Shown here piece by piece: positions 11,201 to 17,578 of a stretch of 29,633 bases of DNA. The position numbers and the translations under genes are program-made. The notes under the pieces were generated by a model, which was not told where the DNA came from, made no database searches, and saw only the letters and a program-made list of their open reading frames with translations. The stretch is from an uncultured virus (IMG/VR IMGVR_UViG_3300033074_000309). Lineage: Duplodnaviria; Heunggongvirae; Uroviricota; Caudoviricetes. Numbering within the stretch: position 1 is the stretch's first letter; every line of letters starts with the position of its first letter. The DNA is taken from IMG/VR virus record IMGVR_UViG_3300033074_000309. One strand, given 5' to 3'.

Positions 11201-13020
11201 AGTTCCTCTATTCTTTTATTTAAGAATATTTGTTTAGAAGACTCTTGATAAGCAGTATTTAATAGTATATCAGAGAATTCACCTACTATCTTAGTATCAG
11301 TACTTAAATCTTCTAAAGGTAAATCATAAACATTCTCTATAAGACTCTCATTAATCTTCTTAAGATCTTTAATATGATCTTTTACAGAAGCTTTAAATGT
11401 AGCTTCATCAGTTTTATTAGTGGTATTATCTGTAATACGATTAGATAAATCATCTATGTGTTGATTTAATATTTCATCACCGCCTTCTACATTTAGATAT
11501 GGTATAGCAAACCTAGACAACTGCTGATTAAAAATAAAGTCATACATGTCCTTATCATTATTCAAAGCAGCTAGATCCATTAGATTACTAGACTGTTGTT
11601 CTTTAGCTAAGTTAATAATTACATTCTTAGCAGCATCAATATTTATTTTAGGCTTGTTAGTTATAGGATCTAATACAATTTTTCCTTCTGCATCCTTTTC
11701 AACAAGGTTATCCATTGAAACACTGAATCCTTGGAAGTTATCTTTAATTAATGTAGATAATACTTTCCTTTGTTTATCCTCAGCTTTTAGTTCTTTCTTA
11801 GCTCCTACTACACCACCTAATCCACCTAATACAGCACCTAATAGAATAGACTTCTGTCCTTCTGTAGTAGTTAATGTATTAACGTATTCACTAGCAATAC
11901 TAGCAGTTTCATCACCAAATGCTACCTTCTTGTTATAGTTCTCAAATGTAGTTTGTCCTGCTTCTTCAACAAAACCTTCAGACACTGTAGCAGTACCAAT
12001 ACGTTTAGCATATTCTTTAATTAAAGACTTTTTAACGATAGGATTTGTAGTTACAAACCTACCTGTAGCATCTTTAAATTCATCTAATACTTTTTGTGAA
12101 CCTTTAAATCTACCAAGTAGATTCTTATTCATAATCATATTAGGCACTAATAGTATAGCTAGATTCTGTTGAAATATATCCACAGCTGCTTTACCAATAG
12201 CCTCTTTAGCTTCTTCTTTAGTCCAAGTCCTACCAGTAGTAGGATTGATTTCTCCTTTCTCAATTTTAGCTTCAAACTGTATATCAAGATCATCTACCAA
12301 CCCCTTAGTCTCAGCCATAGCTTCTAGACCAGTATTTAATATAGTAGCAATACCTAACTCAATATTAGCAGCTCCAAGTTTACTTAACATTGGTAGCTTA
12401 GCAAGTTTACCTGCAATACCAGTAGCTTTTAAAGCTGCACCTGGAGCCATCATTGATAATAAGAAACCTACACCATCTACACCTTCGTCAGTCCAAAATG
12501 ATGTACTAGTAACATTATCCCATAGATTACCCTCTCTAACAGATTTAGGTTTATAAATAGCAAACTCATCTTTAACTGCTTGATCAGCATGTTCTAAACC
12601 ATTTAACCAAGCATTATCTAATGATTCAGCTAATGTCTTATCTGTTAAACCTGCTTCACCTAGTGCATATAAGTAACCTGGAGTTTTAGCAACTTCAGTA
12701 CCTACTTTACTTAAAAGTCTTGGTACAGCATTAAATAATTTATCAGCTCTAGATTGTAATTCACCTCTTATATCTTGATATTGACCATCTAGAATTGCTT
12801 CTGATTTCATGTTAGGATCATCAAATTTTGATTCTCCAAAATTAGTATTACCAAAAGCACTACTAACAACACCTGATTCTTTTTTCAAATCATCAGTAGG
12901 TTGATATATTGCTTTCTCATGTTTAGCAAATATTAATTCATCTGATGTTAAAGGTCTTGGTTTTATGTTTTCAGTAGTTGGAACTACACCATTTTTATAT
13001 AAAGTTTCTTTCTTTCCCAT
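2227..13020 (-). CDS. Virion-packaged RNA polymerase polyprotein (crAss-like two-barrel vRNAP fused to an ejection-type N-terminus and a zincin domain), 3597 aa
   Basis: GADFDFDKVY (DxDxD at 4594-4608) preceded by YRIPTEGFHSM. Upstream motifs TDAQ, IKPFYFG, KCAMLPL and DMIAFESAFK resemble crAss/phi14:2 gp66-type RNAPs. HEAFH (8659-8673) with downstream EEKLADDF indicates a zincin. Gly-rich hydrophobic segments lie in the first ~420 aa. Confidence 0.9.
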   Translation of the reverse strand: MGKKETLYKNGVVPTTENIKPRPLTSDELIFAKHEKAIYQPTDDLKKESGVVSSAFGNTNFGESKFDDPNMKSEAILDGQYQDIRGELQSRADKLFNAVPRLLSKVGTEVAKTPGYLYALGEAGLTDKTLAESLDNAWLNGLEHADQAVKDEFAIYKPKSVREGNLWDNVTSTSFWTDEGVDGVGFLLSMMAPGAALKATGIAGKLAKLPMLSKLGAANIELGIATILNTGLEAMAETKGLVDDLDIQFEAKIEKGEINPTTGRTWTKEEAKEAIGKAAVDIFQQNLAILLVPNMIMNKNLLGRFKGSQKVLDEFKDATGRFVTTNPIVKKSLIKEYAKRIGTATVSEGFVEEAGQTTFENYNKKVAFGDETASIASEYVNTLTTTEGQKSILLGAVLGGLGGVVGAKKELKAEDKQRKVLSTLIKDNFQGFSVSMDNLVEKDAEGKIVLDPITNKPKINIDAAKNVIINLAKEQQSSNLMDLAALNNDKDMYDFIFNQQLSRFAIPYLNVEGGDEILNQHIDDLSNRITDNTTNKTDEATFKASVKDHIKDLKKINESLIENVYDLPLEDLSTDTKIVGEFSDILLNTAYQESSKQIFLNKRIEELNRDMTLLHADAANVSQFTIEREKLANRINTLSEALKVSKANYESVFNKEQVKAAFEEFSGSKKEAKEKIVKEESKAAKQNEGKITDTNKPKTKPVENTQEEPYTGPTQDLDSLLGGEPTSTSVEDKITEVETKKADIERRRKLDLFKNTPEQAFSGYANDTKLTSYNEEGAITDRKEGKSLTGNRIQIFKTLIDLLTEAFPEKYQSLKNIFKPNPSGNGYYITINDFTKAINILKKEGINTSKEGLTQLLDLKKQRISEINAKYDAELATLEGVNTELKASTIIIPNENTTVDIVSENLNNNTASNTSGDDQVTQNPSEKQKGFFSDISHGMSTMGNVVMMKLFNNYFENGVFKFERDDNGVPLVNTNSQVDVEELNNVKVGDTVTFELVTLEGKALEDYNKSKEESISHINHHITNMGNMFGYETNDTSYGFDDKHIAIKSNGNIIGYVQQPHAISNNAFDETTGNIDQAYIDARNQIVAQRKVILNLIAQGKADTTIEEKGSGNLYTKLTEDGKVDTVNDLFTEPRSKDLTPNGNLIFVYNDGKGLQLPAMDDSDMESDIKLRLAKLGNWGSTGSVFQLIKDTNDEWYPIPVYSNLIEDHTIKGIINAIKGLSNSSKATDVVNALNPYIYSTFSVDKNAPIKIDDRGETKLTIDGISHTIDNLNKGIGLADFKKSLYKTKRQNINVLNINSSFTQDDIKKRKTLSSNAVTYKGEYLVQPFISYKPMGISPEVKEYKAATKATSEPALNTEVESETPLQKAIRLKREKGEQSDPGFSRSNVEGVSVNINNFKTWLSKNLPGLTLSDVKDLSALKSNINDALGAYRNMVIYLFNGATNKTAYHEAFHGVFRNMLSNEEKFALIEEAITKYKAPTQKDLDFLQKGLKGIYTNEQLTYLYYEEKLADDFAEFVDNKPVDTVWTKIKAFFNKVLSMFDMFTKNKQSKVDTLFNAINTGKFAKTSNVTKKNNIALVNRELNGELFNELAYARNSAFSATVKWDRTKSIGDNFMIKYQALVNQGTKDVKASSLFEEIKKQYLEASENSELLDKMSLTDVENLDKIINNWDFLKSEATKYLENYNIKLTKNDTLDAQEQTVTDEDTTDVEVSTLASQTTKGLGDWVTQAGLKSASVRIKMFVSSIPVVDENNNELKDAYGFPKYHEFNQVYYLLERSLTGLNTFEEMIAEMNKLSDLRPELKTVVDRLTKPSTFTNKEELVKLQNDFKSNFTKQQLNYVLVKFDTDSNSGNVTYKIFDANRQSVTNIIEEEWKNNLTNPNRKTIIDKDGEEVIMHGTAESRRMTEQWSGLVKNILKGNGDYDAINRFLIKLGIEITPDVLQKSISKGNKSELPLNVADILKFYVTENPTEDIQKAYDRATKNLIDLQANSIILSYTQSFNNVENSNIYTIQLPSFASKLMDDLSSRDIRKFKSRLAALEKDPLYKYSNILRDLKEDNDFRTTKFRLNYLDGLKDERGSSDGSKFTNMSPKDYMAMQIALFQNLFASSGGKIAKAKTSKYIYVTPSDKSMAMIYDGKSYNAQLNDQEDIDINTPIVNNFYNVVLQEAARIQQQLQVKAKVLSGELSTKDLLTHYHYAPKSDVKSFDGFAYQIMNFEGLNTKFKDAITEAVSQEGEVQDLLIDLEESLKAELAQILRREFHNTLNEAVDKGIIREVSKGNYENIALDIKGSKSIKQTIADFALNTWLNNIEMSNLLNGDSALYKAKDLQKRTYQSGAMGVNINIQDKPFAKTKVVKDFETKNDMSKYEDLLLEMKVPQDSINDILNKYGYITKSQDSILKDSNTSEKTKKEILDSIGKNNVTDAQVLVSPEFYKAIFVGRGTWTPAMQTAYDIAEGNITNPTPVQLEEARLQLSNIKPFYFGNRFDEKLGIQRFEQVKCAMLPLFKSYVNSNPLLAEKRAEMDNQSLDMIAFESAFKAAIGYRESITSNGGNVLELDMNNFMVQVDNPAHIMDDENDSIRQLKMLILGNIDPSVSYNGKQGSDIIKEIDNIEGVNIEDSLKDLNKMINGKNSEEFKKFLKEMLTKRNATENIMEALNIIDGEFEYALDGGPTSVQMQNLISSLFTNKVIKQSFAGGSGVQASAIGMRYKGGNPTLDKMQSDLQFVKNENGSYWSEAMMPAWTSEFFNADGTHKDNIPDSLKELLFYRIPTEGFHSMMAIKVKGFLPVEYGNTILMPYEVTTQFGADFDFDKVYFLSPEFTKNDKGELVKVEYDDTKTVRENSRAARNNKILDNYLKVLSSKEILPLALNPSGFEYLAKIKADIDRMDNIQSTQTSFFSSATQRDYKTRNHVGMGLKGQLALHVTGHSYATLLDLKMKVTQYFGGITFNNITATDLSRLYSLDGSKLISKEVSSMMAAILDDIKNPIIQALGINEFTADTWATIVRAGFDAKTAVNFITQPVIVELSSKLAENNYKIKAKDAKRNSGDTLLEDYKQRLKLIYDGLTEDEKKSIDTLPTYEQVNGLNDTNLVDSRHFKSEFPKLYKDAYSRNPEWSNVKLAIYYSYQIDVLHFYNQYDKIAKDLVKINRFFGVNKQVGPTFEDIVNKKYLLNEIEEKGFSIEGLNSSTLDKVKSLKASYDTHLSTLDFLAKYFPYDSDVYNTVKLSYLNSNIKFMASFESISKLPVEKRMLINNFIRNYIDYNSDNFIGLNSSSAKEAIYKKIPLLIDMIKNTSNDEMFFNGALRKTPFIEALQVKFDDKAKGIGYITIKANRLDTQHKNNIAESIYSLYNSPKTKSIIEDLVKYSFIATGFHRGLKSFHDLIPPTLLKEMGYTDFRKSVTKGFKENRAEFDSKDVNRLLDQLIRNFPSEFTKTFDASTFKKSGKNLVTDINLATASGRLKELVTNVDDLAQGALPIYTKYLRVYDNAAKKSVLYIHTGNGVFKPISKLGKAGNMIEIDVTSDIENSLIPENNLDNKSILTTFADETSTDEEIERPVYDSDEFIGTPPQDLEDLISKSEPKPKSENTEEDWNNETNDCGI

Positions 13021-13021
13021 A

Positions 13022-14977
13022 TTAGTTTGTTAAGCTTTCAGATTGTTTAGCTTGTGTTTTTAACCATTCTACAGCACTTTGCCCAGATTTGGTATCATAG
13101 TAGTATAATGAATTTAAGTTCCTTAAGAAGGAGTTATAATCATTAAAATCTAAACTTTCACCAGTTGGTAAATTTATATGATAAGTTTGATTTGATGGAT
13201 TTTTACTATCAGCATATCCTTCATATGTAATACCACCTGCTAATTGTCCAGATGTAAATTTCTTAATATATTTAGTTTCACCATTAGAATTACCTACAAT
13301 TAATCTATCATCACCACCAGCATCTTTATTTGCTTTATTAGTTGATATAAATTCAATAGCATCTTTAGCTACTTTAGCACCTTCATCAAAAAATTCATTA
13401 TCTTGTTTTGATTCTGCTCTAACAGTAATAGGAACTCTTTCATAAGGTTGTGATTTATTACCAGTTGGTCTATCAATAAATCCTTGTAAATAAGATTTAC
13501 CACCAATAGATATACGTTTATCAGCATGGAACTTTTCATCAGGAGTTATATTCAATTCTGATTTATAATTACCATCATTGTCATATACTGAATAAGCATC
13601 TTGTTGATTCATAACTTGATCTGTAACTATCTGTTGAACATTAGCTGATAATATTTCAGCACCAAACCTAGCTTTAGATAACATGTTATAAGCACTGAAT
13701 ATCTTAGGATAATCATCAGATGTTAACTTACCACCTTTAGGCGTATATCCAATGCTACGCATAGCTACAACAGCTAAATCTGCTAACTCTTTATGAGAGT
13801 CTGTAGAACTTACTTTTCTTGGTACAAAATCAGAAAGCTTACCATTACTGTCTTTAACTTGTTGTTGAGCTTTTTTAATATCATATGTACTACCAACTAC
13901 CTTACCTCCAGCATCTCTAATATCATATATAATAGTGTTATTCATTTTACTATAATCTATATTTACTAGACCATTCTTAAGATCAACACTAACAATACCT
14001 TTATCAATTAATGATGTAAATGCTGGATTACTAGCTATCATATTAGTAGTAGGGCTTTCACCACTTGTACCTAATATAGCAGCTTTAGCTTTCTCAGCTT
14101 CAATACCTTCATCATATTTTTTAGCCCACATAGGTGTAACATCTACTGAGTTACCTGATGTTTCCTCCATACCTATTTGTTCAGAACCTGATGCAAACAA
14201 AGCTTTAACTCCTTCATTAACAAGTTCCTCATTTGTTAAATTAGGATTTAATCTACGAAGCTTCTTAACAAATTGTTGTCCTTCTAAAGTTTGAGTTAAC
14301 ATTCCTTGTACTTTAGTTCTAGCAACCCCCATTACTTTATCAGCAGTTATACCAGCTTGAGTACCTTTTTTACCAATCTTGATACCATCAGCACCTAAGC
14401 TTTCAATATCCCATCCCTTCATATCTTCTTTAATCTTATCCATAGATTCTGAGAATCTCTTCTCAATATCTAAAGCATCTTCCATACCATTAAATCTAAA
14501 AGGTTTTAATTCACCTTTTTCACCAATAAGTTGTTGTCCTCTATAATCATCTAATAGTGGATCATATTTACCACCCTTCTTAGTTTTATCTTCTACATAT
14601 TTAGCATAGTTAGCATATGAATTTTCTAATTCTACTCTTATAGGATCATTAACCCATTCTCTTTGTAATTGAGATAATTTTCTATTAGCTTCACCAATAT
14701 TAGTACCTTTAGCAATCTCATTACTAATAGCTTCAATTCTAGGTGCATAATTTGAATATAACGCATCTTTAGCTCCTATATTAGATAAACCTAAACTAGG
14801 ATCATGAATAGCTTTAACACTAGCCATTAAGTCTTTAAACTTATAAGCTGAATCTTCAGCATTATCATATTCTTTTTGGTGTTGTGCAGCCATAGCATTA
14901 AGCTCATTGAAAGGTATAGCAAGTCTATTGCTTACATAATCAGGTCTTACACTTAGGTCAAATTCATTAACTGGCAT
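13022..14977 (-). CDS. Putative virion cargo/ejection protein (651 aa)
   Basis: Long ORF between the first cargo gene and the vRNAP. Helical N-terminal half beginning NEFD...YVS...IPFNEL, as I recall for crAss-like cargo proteins. Function inferred mainly from synteny. Confidence 0.6.
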   Translation of the reverse strand: MPVNEFDLSVRPDYVSNRLAIPFNELNAMAAQHQKEYDNAEDSAYKFKDLMASVKAIHDPSLGLSNIGAKDALYSNYAPRIEAISNEIAKGTNIGEANRKLSQLQREWVNDPIRVELENSYANYAKYVEDKTKKGGKYDPLLDDYRGQQLIGEKGELKPFRFNGMEDALDIEKRFSESMDKIKEDMKGWDIESLGADGIKIGKKGTQAGITADKVMGVARTKVQGMLTQTLEGQQFVKKLRRLNPNLTNEELVNEGVKALFASGSEQIGMEETSGNSVDVTPMWAKKYDEGIEAEKAKAAILGTSGESPTTNMIASNPAFTSLIDKGIVSVDLKNGLVNIDYSKMNNTIIYDIRDAGGKVVGSTYDIKKAQQQVKDSNGKLSDFVPRKVSSTDSHKELADLAVVAMRSIGYTPKGGKLTSDDYPKIFSAYNMLSKARFGAEILSANVQQIVTDQVMNQQDAYSVYDNDGNYKSELNITPDEKFHADKRISIGGKSYLQGFIDRPTGNKSQPYERVPITVRAESKQDNEFFDEGAKVAKDAIEFISTNKANKDAGGDDRLIVGNSNGETKYIKKFTSGQLAGGITYEGYADSKNPSNQTYHINLPTGESLDFNDYNSFLRNLNSLYYYDTKSGQSAVEWLKTQAKQSESLTN

Positions 14978-14994
14978 GGATTTTATTTTAATTT

Positions 14995-15029
14995 AAAAAA
15001 GGTTCTAGCATTCATTAACACTAGAACCT
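14995..15029 (-). terminator. Intrinsic terminator-like hairpin
   Basis: Minus strand reads AGGTTCTAG-TGTTAATGAATG-CTAGAACCT-TTTTT. Perfect 9-bp stem, extendable to 13 bp through G-U pairs available only on the minus strand, followed by a U tract. Confidence 0.65.
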
Positions 15030-15032
15030 GTA

Positions 15033-15064
15033 CAAAAGTAATTATTATTTTATTAACAAACAAA
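15033..15064 (-). promoter_or_regulatory. Canonical Bacteroidota housekeeping-sigma promoter (-33 TTTG / -7 TAnnTTTG)
   Basis: Minus strand TTTG (15064-15061), 20-bp spacer, TACTTTTG (15040-15033). Matches the TTTG-N19-21-TAnnTTTG consensus and lies in an intergenic gap. Confidence 0.7.
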
Positions 15065-15068
15065 TTTT

Positions 15069-17492
15069 TTATTTAAAACTCATTAAACTCATTAAATATT
15101 TTAACATTTCTGGATCTTTAGATAAAGAAGGATACATTTTAACTAGATTATCTACTCTCTTTTGATCCATTTCAGTATTTCTAACATCATTCATTTGATT
15201 AGCAACATTAGATCCCGTAGATGCTATAGCAGATTGTTTAATATTTCTAGCATTAGCTCTAATTTTAGCATTAGCTAATATTTCTTCATTAGCAATACCT
15301 GTATTAATCTTACTAGTTTCATTTAATATACCAGCATTAGCATTAGCATATTGTTGTCTAATTCTATCTTTGTTTTCAATATTTTGAGTATTTAATGCAA
15401 CTCTATTAGATAAGTATGTACCAGCATTACCACCACTAGCTCCTCTAACATTATATTCAGCTCTACGTGTTTGTGCTTCAGCATCTCTTAATGCTGCTGT
15501 AGGATCTAATAAATTAGCTGTCATTCTTTCATACTTTCTAGTTTCAGTTTTATCTGCTCTAGCTAAATCATAAATATTACCTGCATTGTTAGCAGCAAAA
15601 TAAGCTCCTTGTGTAGCTAAACCTTTCCAATCAAAATTTTTAGAATTAGGATTAGTTTCTCTACCACCTGAAGCATTCATACTAGCTAATTCATTATCAT
15701 AAGCTTGTTGATTATAATCAGTATAGTCTGTATTAACTTTTTGAACAGGAGTTGTAACTAAAGGATTACTTCCTTGTAATTGTTGATTATTTAAAAATGC
15801 TTGTTGCATCTTCATTTTATCAACATTATTTTTAGGATTATAACCAAAACCACCTTCATCATATTTAGGTAATTGTCCACCATTTCTAAAATAACCTACA
15901 TTAACTTTTTTATAATTTTCAAATTGAGTATTATAATCTCCTTTAGAAGGATCATTAATATATTCAAATTTAGGTAATTGTTTACCTACATTAACTTTAG
16001 AATTTTGTACTTGAGATCTTGTATTAAGTAAATTATTATAATTATTCATACCAATATCTGTAGTTACACCTGAATCTTTAGATAAGGCTCTTAAACCTGG
16101 TTTCATAACAGGATTACCTTGATAAGTATAATATCTAGGATCTTGTCCAATAGAAGGTGTAACAATAGAATTGTTATTTATTGTTTCTCCATTAATACCA
16201 CCATTAGAATATTTTTGTATACCCCCCATTCTTTTAATATACTTTTCAACTCTTTCTTGTTTTAATGATTCTTGCTGTCTAAATAACATTTCAGAATTTT
16301 TTAATTTAGCCATTCTAAGTAACTCTGCAGTTTTCTTAGAAATTCTATCAGCATTAGGATTGTCCAATACTTTATCTTGTTTATTTGTGTTATTAACTTT
16401 ATTTAACTGAGCAAATGTCTTCTTTCCAAGTTTTAACTTATCACTAAAAATTAATTCTCCTGGTTGGAGATCTGTTTTAATCCCTCCAGCTTCGTGTGAC
16501 TTTCCTGAAAATTGAGTAAAGGTACCATCTGGAGCAATACTGTTTTCTTCCTTTTCCACTTCTCCATTGATTTGTCCATTGCCTCCATTTGTGTACTGTA
16601 TTCCTCCATCTTCATAATGTGCTTTTTCTGCTTTAAAATCTCTTGGTTTTAGTTTTGGCATTGTTCCACCATTAGGATATTGAGGAATAGCATTAGGTTT
16701 CATATTCATACCACCATGTGGATATTTTATAGAGGCTCCTTGAGGTTGATTTTGGTAACTAGTCATACCTGCTTGAATAGCATTATTAATATAATCATTT
16801 TGTTGTTGTTGGTAAGCAGCATTTTGTTGATCTAACAACTCTTGTTGTTTTTGATTTTCAGCAGCAATTAACTTTTCATTCTCTGAATACTTATCATCAC
16901 CTTTTGTAAAGGCTTTAACACCACCTATTAAAGATCCAATAGGTAAAATACTACCAGCTATTGTTTCTGCACTTCTATCACCATTAGCTAACTTTGTCCA
17001 ATCATTTATTTGAGAAGTGTGTGTAGGTGTAAGTAATGCTCCTGCCGCAGCATCAGTACCTTTCTTATAACTTTTCTCTCCAGTATGAGGGTTAATATTT
17101 GAAGATGTTGTACTATCAAGTAACATATCTTTAGCACCACTAACAAGACTATATGCTTGTCCCCATACAGGAATTGCACCAATTACAGCATCTACTGTTT
17201 GATTAACAGATTGTCCATAAGCAGTAGTTCTTTGAGCACTATTTAAATTAGAATTATTAGCTACTGAAGCATAACTACCTAAAGTACCTGCAGCCGCAGC
17301 TGCGTAATTACTAGTTTTTCCTAAGCCACTACCTTGACTTCTTTTATCATTATAAAAGTTAGAAGTAGCATCATTACCAGATGGTCCTGCATCATACATA
17401 GAAACCTCATTATCATTAGATAATGTTGTAGTTTTACCACCAGGACTAAATTTAGGTAGATGTGTTTTAGGAATTTTCTTAGATTTTTTCAT
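15069..17492 (-). CDS. Putative virion cargo protein 1-like (807 aa)
   Basis: Directly follows the muzzle gene. Has Ala/Gly-rich hydrophobic segments, an EVEKEE...GKSHEAGGI...GELIFSDKLK block that I recognise from crAss-like cargo proteins, a Gln-rich coiled coil and repeated [FY]xxGG motifs. Confidence 0.65.
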   Translation of the reverse strand: MKKSKKIPKTHLPKFSPGGKTTTLSNDNEVSMYDAGPSGNDATSNFYNDKRSQGSGLGKTSNYAAAAAGTLGSYASVANNSNLNSAQRTTAYGQSVNQTVDAVIGAIPVWGQAYSLVSGAKDMLLDSTTSSNINPHTGEKSYKKGTDAAAGALLTPTHTSQINDWTKLANGDRSAETIAGSILPIGSLIGGVKAFTKGDDKYSENEKLIAAENQKQQELLDQQNAAYQQQQNDYINNAIQAGMTSYQNQPQGASIKYPHGGMNMKPNAIPQYPNGGTMPKLKPRDFKAEKAHYEDGGIQYTNGGNGQINGEVEKEENSIAPDGTFTQFSGKSHEAGGIKTDLQPGELIFSDKLKLGKKTFAQLNKVNNTNKQDKVLDNPNADRISKKTAELLRMAKLKNSEMLFRQQESLKQERVEKYIKRMGGIQKYSNGGINGETINNNSIVTPSIGQDPRYYTYQGNPVMKPGLRALSKDSGVTTDIGMNNYNNLLNTRSQVQNSKVNVGKQLPKFEYINDPSKGDYNTQFENYKKVNVGYFRNGGQLPKYDEGGFGYNPKNNVDKMKMQQAFLNNQQLQGSNPLVTTPVQKVNTDYTDYNQQAYDNELASMNASGGRETNPNSKNFDWKGLATQGAYFAANNAGNIYDLARADKTETRKYERMTANLLDPTAALRDAEAQTRRAEYNVRGASGGNAGTYLSNRVALNTQNIENKDRIRQQYANANAGILNETSKINTGIANEEILANAKIRANARNIKQSAIASTGSNVANQMNDVRNTEMDQKRVDNLVKMYPSLSKDPEMLKYLMSLMSFK

Positions 17493-17504
17493 CTTTAAGT
17501 ATTA

Positions 17505-17543
17505 TATATTAATATAACGATAATTCTTATATAATGCAAATTT
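17505..17543 (-). promoter_or_regulatory. Putative phage late promoter, copy 1 (AAATTTGCAT-N16-TTATATTAATATA)
   Basis: Intergenic and 12 bp upstream of the 807-aa start. Both boxes and the 16-bp spacing are identical to 24941-24979. Confidence 0.6.
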
Positions 17544-17578
17544 TTTATGATTTATTACATACTATATAATGTTATATG

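Noticed and set aside
2227..13020. Intein in the vRNAP
   Set aside because: No C/S-start...HN-C/S/T splice junctions or LAGLIDADG blocks were recognised.
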